Shown here: positions 1-7,655 of the stretch, in pieces
Numbering within the stretch: the stretch's first letter is position 1
Layout: each line of letters begins with the position of its first letter
Source: Candidatus Gottesmanbacteria bacterium
GTDB taxonomy: Bacteria; Patescibacteriota; Microgenomatia; UBA10105; UBA927
Length of the DNA: 64,000 bases
Assembly: GCA_023245355.1 (NCBI GenBank)
Contig: JAHFKN010000001.1
Location: forward strand, 2,057 to 66,056
Direction: 5' to 3'
Made by a program: the position numbers and the translations under genes
The notes under the pieces: model-generated
Seen by the model: the letters and a program-made list of their open reading frames with translations, nothing else
The model's database searches: none
Told to the model about the DNA's origin: nothing

Positions 1-656
1 AACGAAAGTTCCTCATTCGGTTTGAGGTTTTTTACATAGGAGAGATACTCTTTCGCTTTATCCAGCGGGATCCCTTTTTTCTCCATTTCCGAAAGTACGC
101 CGTCATCACCGATTTTTTTAATTTTATCGATACTGACAATCGCCTCATAGGGCATATCCTTAAAAAGTGCCCGTGAGTTTATGCGCACCAGCGCGTTTTT
201 GAATCCCATCTGTTTATAGATTTCAAGTGATAATGCTATCGTTTCCGCATCGGCATCGGGCGTTTTGACACCAAAGATGTCCGCATCCGCCTGAGTGAAT
301 TCACGGTACCGTCCTTTTTGCGGTTTTTCGGCACGGAACGCCGGCTGTATCTGGTACCGCTTAAAGGGAAATGTCAGCTGGTTCTGGTATTGGGCGATGA
401 CGCGGCAGGTAGGTACCGTCTGATCATAACGGAGTGCCACATCGCGCTCACCCTGGTCTTTAAACTTAAAGAATAGTTTTTCGTCTTCACCGATGGCGCC
501 GACAAATATTTCGAGCGGTTCCAGCGTGGGGGTTTCCAGCGGTGCAAATCCCCAGACTTCGAAAATGCCCGCAAGTTTATCGCGGAGCCATTTCCGTTTT
601 GCAGCCTCAACCGGTAAAAAATCCCGAAATCCCTTAAGCGGCAATATCGTATCCAT
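1..656 (-). CDS. hisS: Histidyl-tRNA synthetase, N-terminal part; the gene continues past the window start
   Basis: I translated the minus strand by hand from the ATG at 656-654: MDTILPLKGFRDFLPVEAAKRKWLRDKLAGIFEVWGF...RYDQTVP...FRAEKPQKGRYREFTQADADIFG. This matches the HisRS N-terminal signature and class II motif 2. The frame is not in the ORF track because it runs off the window. Confidence 0.85.
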   Translation of the reverse strand, partial: MDTILPLKGFRDFLPVEAAKRKWLRDKLAGIFEVWGFAPLETPTLEPLEIFVGAIGEDEKLFFKFKDQGERDVALRYDQTVPTCRVIAQYQNQLTFPFKRYQIQPAFRAEKPQKGRYREFTQADADIFGVKTPDADAETIALSLEIYKQMGFKNALVRINSRALFKDMPYEAIVSIDKIKKIGDDGVLSEMEKKGIPLDKAKEYLSYVKNLKPNEELS

Positions 657-783
657 AATTTTTTACCCGCCAACCACGTGCTCTTTGAAGCGTCTACGAA
701 TAGTAGTGAAAAGCTTCAAAGCAAACGTAGGCGAGCCTCCTTTATCGTAGCAGTCAGCCACGCTCCTCACAATAGTGAACTTT

Positions 784-1056
784 TCATTTTTTCCGTTTGT
801 CCAGCTCGCCGTATATGTCTTCGGGGGTGATTCCCAGAGCCGCCCAGAGGACAACGGAGTGAAACAGTAAATCCGCAAGCTCTTCGATCCGGCGCTGCCT
901 GTTTTCATTTTTGGCCGCGATGACGACTTCCGTCGCTTCTTCTCCGATTTTCTGAATCAGACGGTCGGAATTATCAATGAGTGACGCGACGTAGGATCCC
1001 TCAGGTTTGTTTTCCTGACGGTTTTTTATGACCGCGTAGAGATCGTCAATTGTCAT
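784..1056 (-). CDS. hisE: Phosphoribosyl-ATP pyrophosphatase
   Basis: Track ORF 784..1101. The likely start is the internal M (MTIDDLYAVIK...) at 1056, which forms an ATGA overlap with the hisI stop. The LFHSVVLWAALGI region is HisE-like. It is the last gene of the his operon. Confidence 0.8.
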   Translation of the reverse strand: MTIDDLYAVIKNRQENKPEGSYVASLIDNSDRLIQKIGEEATEVVIAAKNENRQRRIEELADLLFHSVVLWAALGITPEDIYGELDKRKK

Positions 1057-1349
1057 ATATTCTCCTTTCTGTAAAAGCACGATATATTTCCTGAGTGACA
1101 CGTCGGTCCCACGGGATTAACCCGAATAAGATACGCATCGTCATCACAGTCACGGTATATACTTGTGACCCGGAGACAGTTTCCCGACGATTCTCCTTTT
1201 TTCCAGAGCCTTTTTTTGGAACGGCTCCAAAACCATACCCACCCCGTGTTTTTGGTGCGTATGAGTGCCTCGTCATTCATATAGCCGACCATGAGTACCT
1301 GTCCGGTCCGGTCGTTTTGTATCACGGCGGGAATAAGTATGGTGTTCAT
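1053..1349 (-). CDS. hisI: Phosphoribosyl-AMP cyclohydrolase
   Basis: 98 aa. The motif WSRSKKRLWKKGESSGNCLRV...DCDDDAYL is typical of HisI. It overlaps hisF by 4 nt. Confidence 0.85.
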   Translation of the reverse strand: MNTILIPAVIQNDRTGQVLMVGYMNDEALIRTKNTGWVWFWSRSKKRLWKKGESSGNCLRVTSIYRDCDDDAYLIRVNPVGPTCHSGNISCFYRKENI

Positions 1350-2110
1350 AAGATCTCCCGTACCGCTATGTTTTGAGCGGACAAATAGCGCTTCAATTCC
1401 GGTATTGTCAATTCACCGAAGTGGAAAAGGGAAGCCGCAAGAGCGGCATCTGCTTCGCCGTCCCGGAATATTTCCAGGAAATCTTTCATACTTCCGGCTC
1501 CTCCCGATGCGATGACGGGAACCGGCACGTCACGGGAAACCTGACGGGTAAGTTCTATGGCAAAGCCGCTTTTTGTTCCGTCGGCATCGATGCTGGTCAA
1601 AAGAATTTCTCCTGCCCCCAGCCGGGCAGCCTCTTTGGCCCACTCCACGGCAGACAAACCGGAATCTTTGGTGCCGCCGTTTATCCAGGCGTTCCACTGC
1701 CCGGGAGCCGACGCTTTGGCATCAAGCGATAATACGACGCACTGGTTTCCGAATGCGTTGGCGCAGTCGGTAATAAGCTTCGGATTTTTAACGGCGCCTG
1801 TGTTTAGCGAAACTTTATCCGCGCCGGCCAAAAGCAGCTGCCGCATGTCCGAAACACTCCGTATGCCTCCGCCCACGGAAAACGGAATGTTTACTTTCTT
1901 GGCGGTATTTGCCACGACGTCGAGTAAGATCGGCCTGTTCTCGACCGTTGCGGTAATATCCAGAAATACCAGTTCATCCGCGCCGTCGTCGCTGTATTTT
2001 TTGGCGAGCGCAATCGGGTCGCCGGCGTCACGGAACGAAACAAACTGTATGCCTTTTACTACTTTGCCCTCTGTCATATCGAGACAGGGGATAATACGTT
2101 TTGTTGTCAT
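1346..2110 (-). CDS. hisF: Imidazole glycerol phosphate synthase, cyclase subunit
   Basis: 254 aa. KRIIPCLDMTEGKVVKG...DELVFLDITA...VIASGGAG is a global match to HisF. I compared it with HisA to exclude that call. Confidence 0.9.
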   Translation of the reverse strand: MTTKRIIPCLDMTEGKVVKGIQFVSFRDAGDPIALAKKYSDDGADELVFLDITATVENRPILLDVVANTAKKVNIPFSVGGGIRSVSDMRQLLLAGADKVSLNTGAVKNPKLITDCANAFGNQCVVLSLDAKASAPGQWNAWINGGTKDSGLSAVEWAKEAARLGAGEILLTSIDADGTKSGFAIELTRQVSRDVPVPVIASGGAGSMKDFLEIFRDGEADAALAASLFHFGELTIPELKRYLSAQNIAVREIL

Positions 2111-2718
2111 AAATTCTCCTTTATAAAATTGGTTAATAATATGGTTCCTGCTGCCCCGCTTTTTTCCGGATGAAATTGTGTCGCAAACAGATTTTTGTAC
2201 GCCACGGCACTGGCAAACGTTTCTCCGTATCTGGTCGTGGCCGCGACCATGTCCGGATTTTCCACGACCGGATAATAGCTGTTGACGAAATAAAACTCCG
2301 CCGCGGGAATTCCGTCAAACAAGCGCCGCGCATAGGGATTGCTGTCGGAAACGGTGACGGTATTCCAGCCGATTTGCGGGACTTTTTTTTCTGCCCGGAA
2401 TTTCCGGACGGACCCTTTGAGTATCCCCAGGCACACCGTGTCCGCCTCCTCGCTATACTCAAACAGGAGCTGCATGCCGAGACAAAATCCGATAAACGGA
2501 ATGCCGCGCAGTACCTGATTCCGGATGACCGAATCCAGGCCCCGTGTTTTCAGGTTCTGCATGCCTACCCCTGCCGCTCCTACTCCCGGCAGGAGGATAG
2601 CAGCGGCGGACCCGACGACAAAAGGATCTGAACTTACAACGCACGGCACACCGAGAGCGGTCATCGTGTTGACAACACTCCCGATGTTTCCCAGTCCGTA
2701 ATCAATAATAGTTATCAT
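2107..2718 (-). CDS. hisH: Imidazole glycerol phosphate synthase, glutamine amidotransferase subunit
   Basis: 203 aa. It starts MITIIDYGLGNIGSV and carries the class I GATase catalytic Cys in GFCLGMQLL. Confidence 0.9.
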   Translation of the reverse strand: MITIIDYGLGNIGSVVNTMTALGVPCVVSSDPFVVGSAAAILLPGVGAAGVGMQNLKTRGLDSVIRNQVLRGIPFIGFCLGMQLLFEYSEEADTVCLGILKGSVRKFRAEKKVPQIGWNTVTVSDSNPYARRLFDGIPAAEFYFVNSYYPVVENPDMVAATTRYGETFASAVAYKNLFATQFHPEKSGAAGTILLTNFIKENL

Positions 2719-3305
2719 AATGTTCCTTTCGTCGACGGAATCTGTCCGCCGCTTTTTTCATCCGTTTCGCAGGCCATGCGTATGGCTCTGGCCATTGCTT
2801 TCCATATCGCCTCGGCTTTGTGGTGATCGTTTCTGCCGTTTTCCACCTTTATGTACACATTCGCTTTTGCATTTTGTGCAAATGCGTCCCAAAAATCATA
2901 GACGAGTTCACTGCTCAGGTCGCCGATTTTTTCGCGGGCAAACGGACAGTCCAGCGTGAAGGCGTACCGTCCGGAAAAGTCGATTGCCACCGTGGCAAGT
3001 GCTTCGTCCATCGGCAGGATAAAAAATCCATACCGCTTGACTCCGCGTTTGTCCGCCAGTGCCTTCAAAAACGCTTCTCCCAACACAATGCCGATATCTT
3101 CCACCGTGTGGTGATCATCGATATACATGTCTCCCGTGGCCTTCATTGTGAGATCGAATGCGCCGTGTTTGGCAAAAAGATCCAGCATGTGAGTGAGGAA
3201 CCCGACCGGTGTATCTATCGACCGGATACCCGCTCCGTCCAGACAAAGTGACAGGAAAACGTCCGTTTCCGATGTTTTCCTGGTTATGGCTGCTTTCCGC
3301 TTCAT
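2715..3305 (-). CDS. hisB: Imidazoleglycerol-phosphate dehydratase, monofunctional
   Basis: 196 aa. KTSETDV...DDHHTVEDIGIVLG...HH motifs fit IGPD. There is no fused phosphatase domain. Confidence 0.9.
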   Translation of the reverse strand: MKRKAAITRKTSETDVFLSLCLDGAGIRSIDTPVGFLTHMLDLFAKHGAFDLTMKATGDMYIDDHHTVEDIGIVLGEAFLKALADKRGVKRYGFFILPMDEALATVAIDFSGRYAFTLDCPFAREKIGDLSSELVYDFWDAFAQNAKANVYIKVENGRNDHHKAEAIWKAMARAIRMACETDEKSGGQIPSTKGTL

Positions 3306-4024
3306 AGGACCTCCTTTAGATTGTTTATATTGCGTATCCGTATGTCACCGATTTTTTCGTATCCGACAAATACACTTGTCATGCCCGCGCGCTTGGCAGC
3401 CAGGACGTCATTTATCGTGTCGCCGACATAGACGGGATTTTTCACTTTCATCCGCCGTGCCGCCTCACGCAGGGGATCGGGAAACGGTTTTTCCCTCTTC
3501 GTGTCTTCCCGGGCGACGATATAGGCAGCCGGAATACAGTCGGGCGTTATCCCGAGGTTCGAAGCGGTACACATGGCTTCTTTTTTGGGGCGGCCGGTCG
3601 CTATTCCTAACGGGTAGGCTGAGCCGAGAGAAACGAGCATCTTTTTTTCGATAAGAAGCGTTTCTTGCGCGATAAGGCCGTCATAGTCGTTGCCCAGGTA
3701 AACGGATTGGAAGCATGCCTTGATGCGGCGATACCTATCGGTTTGCCGTATGGTATCCGTAAGCAACACGATATTTTGCGCGAAATCCGACGCCGGTATG
3801 TTCCGGTTCAGAAGGTCCGTGAGCGCGTATGAAACATCCCAGTCGTTATTGAATCCGGGAATTTTTTTGACGGCGGCAATCAAATTTGCATCAACCGTTT
3901 TGTTGATCCGCCCGGTTTCTCGGAGCATGGTCTTTACGGTTTGTTTGATTGCCGCAGTGAAGCTCTCATTGGAAACGAGCACCCCGTCCATGTCAAAGAT
4001 GATTGCGTCATACGCGTTTTTCAT
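3302..4024 (-). CDS. HAD-IA family hydrolase; candidate histidinol-phosphatase
   Basis: 240 aa. HAD motif I FDMDGVL and motif IV VGDTINDV are present. It sits inside the his operon between hisC and a monofunctional hisB, so a histidinol-phosphatase role is an inference from context. Confidence 0.6.
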   Translation of the reverse strand: MKNAYDAIIFDMDGVLVSNESFTAAIKQTVKTMLRETGRINKTVDANLIAAVKKIPGFNNDWDVSYALTDLLNRNIPASDFAQNIVLLTDTIRQTDRYRRIKACFQSVYLGNDYDGLIAQETLLIEKKMLVSLGSAYPLGIATGRPKKEAMCTASNLGITPDCIPAAYIVAREDTKREKPFPDPLREAARRMKVKNPVYVGDTINDVLAAKRAGMTSVFVGYEKIGDIRIRNINNLKEVL

Positions 4025-5094
4025 ACGATCTCCTTTAGGGCGTTTATAAGTTTGTTGTTTTCCCGCTCACTCCGGACCGTGATCCGCACGCAACCGGATA
4101 AATACGGTTTGGCACTGCGGTCCCGGATGATGATGCCGCAGGAGGTAAGGCGCGACGCTATGCTGCGTGCACGGTTGCCCATATTCACGAGCAGGAAGTT
4201 TGCTTCTGACGGATAGACAACAAATCCCAGCGCGGTAAGGGAACCAGCCAGCCGCCGGCGTTCGGCCCGGATCATGGATATTTGCTTTCGGATCCACCGC
4301 CTGTCATTTTTGAGCACCGTTTCGGCAAGACGGGAAGAAAGCGAGCTGACACCCATGGGAAACCGGACGGTATTAAAGACGCGGGAAAGATTTCGATTTG
4401 CGATAAGGTAGCCTACGCGCGCGCCGGCAAGTCCCGCGAATTTAGAAAACGTTTTCAGCACGATAAGATTGTCGTATTGCTTCGTAAGCTGTACGGCGGT
4501 TTTGCCGTAAAATTCCCCGTATGCTTCGTCGACGACGACCGCGCATGAAGCGGCGGACACGATACGTCTGAGCGTTGATTGCGGTATCACGGATCCTGTC
4601 GGGTTGTTCGGGTTTACCAGAAATATGAGTTGGGTCCGGGGTTGGCGGGACGCCTTGATGATATCAGCCGCATTGACGGCGAATGTTTTTCCGACAAGCG
4701 GAATTTCGATCGGGATGCCCCGGTTTATCCTGCACTGGATATCAAACATTTCATATGTCGGAGGGGTAATAACAAACCGGTCGCCCGGGTCTAAAAATGT
4801 TTTGGACAGGATATCGATTGCCTCATCACCGCTGTCGGTGACGGTAATCATGCTCTGCGAAACGCGTTCGTAGGACGCAAGCTCCCGTTTGAGCCCTGTA
4901 TAGTTTGGATCCCCGTATTCGTTGACGGAAACCGCGCTTACAGGAACACGTTCAGCGCTTGGCGGGGGAAAGGGAAGCGTATTCGTGTCAAACCGGAGTG
5001 TGTCTGCCACAACATACGCCTCCCATTGGTACGGGCTGGTCGTTTGTCCCACTTGTGATAACCGATAGTTCATGTTCATATACATTCCTCCCAC
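4021..5094 (-). CDS. hisC: Histidinol-phosphate aminotransferase
   Basis: 357 aa. A class II aminotransferase with the PLP-Lys region KTFSKFAGLAGARVGY. The operon context supports the call. Confidence 0.85.
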   Translation of the reverse strand: MGGMYMNMNYRLSQVGQTTSPYQWEAYVVADTLRFDTNTLPFPPPSAERVPVSAVSVNEYGDPNYTGLKRELASYERVSQSMITVTDSGDEAIDILSKTFLDPGDRFVITPPTYEMFDIQCRINRGIPIEIPLVGKTFAVNAADIIKASRQPRTQLIFLVNPNNPTGSVIPQSTLRRIVSAASCAVVVDEAYGEFYGKTAVQLTKQYDNLIVLKTFSKFAGLAGARVGYLIANRNLSRVFNTVRFPMGVSSLSSRLAETVLKNDRRWIRKQISMIRAERRRLAGSLTALGFVVYPSEANFLLVNMGNRARSIASRLTSCGIIIRDRSAKPYLSGCVRITVRSERENNKLINALKEIV

Positions 5095-6387
5095 TCATTT
5101 CATAAACCGTACCGATACCGAATTTTTGTGTGCCGGTAATTGTTCGATAGCGGCTACAATTTCTATTGTGTTCCGGATTGTTGATAATCCGCGTTTGGTA
5201 CATGTTTGTACCTGCATCCATTTGCCGTATGCGTCCACCCCCAGCGGAGGATACATTTTGGCCATCCCCCCGGTCGGTAAGACGTGATTGGCGCCCGTTG
5301 CATAATCTCCCGTTGCTTTAGACGTCCACGGTCCCAGAAATACGGAGCCGGCATTTCGAATGCGTCCGACAACCGTTTCCGGTCGGCGCGTCATAATTTC
5401 CAAATGCTCCGGTGCATACTCATTGGTAAACGCTATGGCTTCCGTAATCGAATCTGCGACGGCAAACAGTCCGTATTGTCTGAGTGATGCGCGTATCCTG
5501 TCTGCCGTTTTAAGAAATGGCAGTTGTTTTTGTATTTCCGCAATGGTTTTTTTTGCGACGGTTTCGCTCGTCGTAATAAGCACGCAGGCGGAATCTTCTC
5601 CGTGTTCGCCGTCAGCAAGAAGATCAGCGGCTATGAACGCTGGATTTGCAGTATCGTCGGCAATGATAAAAATTTCTGACGGTCCTGCCGGCATGTCGAT
5701 GCTTACCGTATCAAGGGCGAGCATTTTGGCGGCTGTGACGAACGCATTACCGGCCCCGAAAATTTTGTATACGTTCGGTATGGTGTTTGTGCCGTAGCAC
5801 ATGGCGGCAATTGCTTCAGCGCCGCCGACTCTGTATATGTTTGTAATTCCGATCATGTCCGCGGCAACCAGCGTAGGCGCCGGAATTTGTCCGTCTTCCC
5901 GGGGAGGAGAGCAAAGGACTATTTGCCTGCAGCCGGAAATTTGAGCGGGAATTGCCGTCATGAGGACGGAAGAAGGGTACACAGCTTTGCCTCCCGGGAT
6001 ATACAATCCGACTTTTTCTATCGGCCGCCACTCGCGCCAGACGGTGATTCCTTTTTCCGTACGGACTACAGTGTCCTTCAGGCGCGGAAGCTGTGCTTTT
6101 TGGACGGCGGTGATATTTTTTATCATTTGCCGCAAGGCCCGGATAAAATCAGGCGTCACCCTTGTATATGCGTTTTTGATATCGCCCGGTGTTACCGCGA
6201 CAGAAGAGTATGCGGCAGCGCCGTAGCGCTTTACATATTTATTCCGCAGCACAGCATCCCCGGAGGTTTTTACCGACTCCATTATTTTTTTGACCTGTGG
6301 CCGTATCCGGACGTCCATGCCCGCAGACCGGCGTACTATCCGCTGATAGTCGGTGTTGTTTAGGTCTTTCAGACGTATTGTTTTCAT
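5095..6387 (-). CDS. hisD: Histidinol dehydrogenase
   Basis: 430 aa with a global HisD match (…NEYAPEHLEI…, Zn and NAD regions). Confidence 0.9.
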   Translation of the reverse strand: MKTIRLKDLNNTDYQRIVRRSAGMDVRIRPQVKKIMESVKTSGDAVLRNKYVKRYGAAAYSSVAVTPGDIKNAYTRVTPDFIRALRQMIKNITAVQKAQLPRLKDTVVRTEKGITVWREWRPIEKVGLYIPGGKAVYPSSVLMTAIPAQISGCRQIVLCSPPREDGQIPAPTLVAADMIGITNIYRVGGAEAIAAMCYGTNTIPNVYKIFGAGNAFVTAAKMLALDTVSIDMPAGPSEIFIIADDTANPAFIAADLLADGEHGEDSACVLITTSETVAKKTIAEIQKQLPFLKTADRIRASLRQYGLFAVADSITEAIAFTNEYAPEHLEIMTRRPETVVGRIRNAGSVFLGPWTSKATGDYATGANHVLPTGGMAKMYPPLGVDAYGKWMQVQTCTKRGLSTIRNTIEIVAAIEQLPAHKNSVSVRFMK

Positions 6388-6391
6388 ATAA

Positions 6392-7261
6392 TTACGAAAT
6401 AATTTTTTCGACCGGCAGCATAACGAATTTACCTGCTCCCAGTGTCTTTAACCGTTCAAAAAGCGCCCAAAACATATCTTCTTTGACGACGCCCTGCAGA
6501 CGTATATTCGATCCTGTTTTGTCAGGAGTAATCTCCGATGACGCAAGTCCCGGAATGATTTTTGTGAGTTTCGGCGCGATTTGTTTCGGGGCGGTCATAA
6601 TGACGTATGTATAATTTGCGGCGGAAAGAACCCCTTTAAATCTCGTCAGCAGCTGATTTACCAGTGCCCGTTCTTTCAGAGAACCAGCCGACTGCTTGTT
6701 GGCAATCAGGACGGCCTCCGAACGGTAAATCGGGGCGAGGGGACGCAGGTCATTGAGTGCGAGCGTACTTCCCGTTGACGTTAAGTCGACGATGGCCGAG
6801 GCAATGCCCAACGACGGCGCAATTTCAACCGATCCGCGTATGGTAACCGTATTTACCGACACGCCGTTTTTTTGAAAATACCGCGTTGTAGATCCGGGGT
6901 ATGTTGTCGCGATAGTCTTCCCATTGAGGTCGGCTAGTGTTGTGACAGGGGATTCCTTCGGCACGGATACCGTGAGCGTACAGAATCCGTACCGGAGGTT
7001 TAACAGTTTTTTCACATCCGGACGCTCTTCATTTAACACGTTCTGTCCCAATATGCCCAAATCGACAACACCGGATTCGACAAGCCCCGGGATATCATCG
7101 TCACGGACATACAGAATTTCCATGGGGAAATTCCGGCAGGTCGAAAACAGCTTCCGTTTATAGCTTTCGAATGAAATGCCCGCGGCGCGCAAAAACGAAA
7201 GCGTTTCTTCCGTCAGACGCCCGTCTTTTTGTATCGCTAATTTAAGATATTGGTTATTCAT
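6392..7261 (-). CDS. hisG: ATP phosphoribosyltransferase, long form
   Basis: 289 aa, starting MNNQYLKLAIQKDGRLTEETLSFLRAAGI. It is the first gene of the operon. An AGGA SD follows the upstream tRNA-like element. Confidence 0.9.
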   Translation of the reverse strand: MNNQYLKLAIQKDGRLTEETLSFLRAAGISFESYKRKLFSTCRNFPMEILYVRDDDIPGLVESGVVDLGILGQNVLNEERPDVKKLLNLRYGFCTLTVSVPKESPVTTLADLNGKTIATTYPGSTTRYFQKNGVSVNTVTIRGSVEIAPSLGIASAIVDLTSTGSTLALNDLRPLAPIYRSEAVLIANKQSAGSLKERALVNQLLTRFKGVLSAANYTYVIMTAPKQIAPKLTKIIPGLASSEITPDKTGSNIRLQGVVKEDMFWALFERLKTLGAGKFVMLPVEKIIS

Positions 7262-7275
7262 ATGTTTTTCCTTTT

Positions 7276-7349
7276 GGGTGGCTGACGGGTAATGCTCCCG
7301 CTGCTTCCTGCTCCACAGGCAGGCGCTCTACTTTTGAGCTACAGCCACC
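7276..7349 (-). tRNA. tRNA-His-like element: GUG anticodon and a G-1:C73 extended acceptor stem, but non-canonical D and T loops
   Basis: The minus strand reads GGUGGCUGUAGCUCAAAAGUAGAGCGCCUGCCUGUGGAGCAGGAAGCAGCGGGAGCAUUACCCGUCAGCCACCCA. It has an 8-bp acceptor stem with G-1:C73, the hallmark of tRNA-His. The anticodon loop CUGUGGA has U33 and GUG. The D-loop (AAAAGUA) lacks G18/G19 and the T-loop (AGCAUUA) lacks the T54-Psi55 consensus. The 3' end has only a partial CCA. The element ends 14 nt before the hisG ATG. Confidence 0.5.
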
Positions 7350-7361
7350 ATTTTTGCCAAT

Positions 7362-7419
7362 AAAAAACCTCCCGTTCGCTACGCACCACAAAACATGTGA
7401 TACGTAAGGAACGAGAGGC
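7362..7419 (-). terminator. Long-loop hairpin (10-bp stem, about 30-nt loop) followed by U6; a second terminator-like element in the his leader
   Basis: The minus strand reads CCUCUCGUUCC...(structured loop)...GAACGGGAGGUUUUUU. Confidence 0.35.
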
Positions 7420-7420
7420 C

Positions 7421-7604
7421 AATAAAAAAGGACCTCCCGCGGTCCCATCCTTCGTTTTCCGGAGTATTTCTCTCCGGAACTCTCAGGCCGACTCCGCGTG
7501 GGCGACATCGACTGTTGTATTTGACGGTTCAACTTCCGTAAGGCTTTTTGGCCTTCAGCTCGTGGATCGTGACTCCACTGATAGCGCTTTTCTATTCAAT
7601 TGTA
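7421..7604 (-). promoter_or_regulatory. T-box-like leader of the his operon (His-type, UGGG variant) with an intrinsic terminator
   Basis: The reverse complement of 7437-7451 is AGGAUGGGACCGCGG, a 14/15 match to the T-box consensus AGGGUGGNACCGCGG. N=G would pair with C73 of tRNA-His. The hairpin GGACC-GCGGGA-GGUCC plus U6 lies at 7424-7445. A stem-III-like hairpin CCGGAG...CUCCGG sits upstream. The 5' end shares the ACAATTGAATAGRAAAG motif with the Tyr leader at 60336-60352. Confidence 0.45.
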
Positions 7605-7610
7605 TTGGGT

Positions 7611-7638
7611 ATCATACTACAAATCCTTTAAATGTCAA
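7611..7638 (-). promoter_or_regulatory. Sigma70-like promoter for the his leader
   Basis: On the minus strand there is a TTGACA -35 (7633-7638), a 16-nt spacer and a TATGAT -10 (7611-7616). Confidence 0.4.
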
Positions 7639-7655
7639 ATTCGTATCGGGGACCG

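Noticed and set aside
374-908. Track ORFs 374..673(-), 493..750(+) and 663..908(-)
   Set aside because: They are out of frame or antisense to the hisS coding region (1..656, minus), which has clear HisRS motifs. They are likely spurious.
7262-7655. Enterobacterial-style his attenuator with a His-codon-rich leader peptide
   Set aside because: No small ORF with consecutive CAC/CAU codons is present. The control region instead carries a T-box-like sequence and tRNA-like structure.
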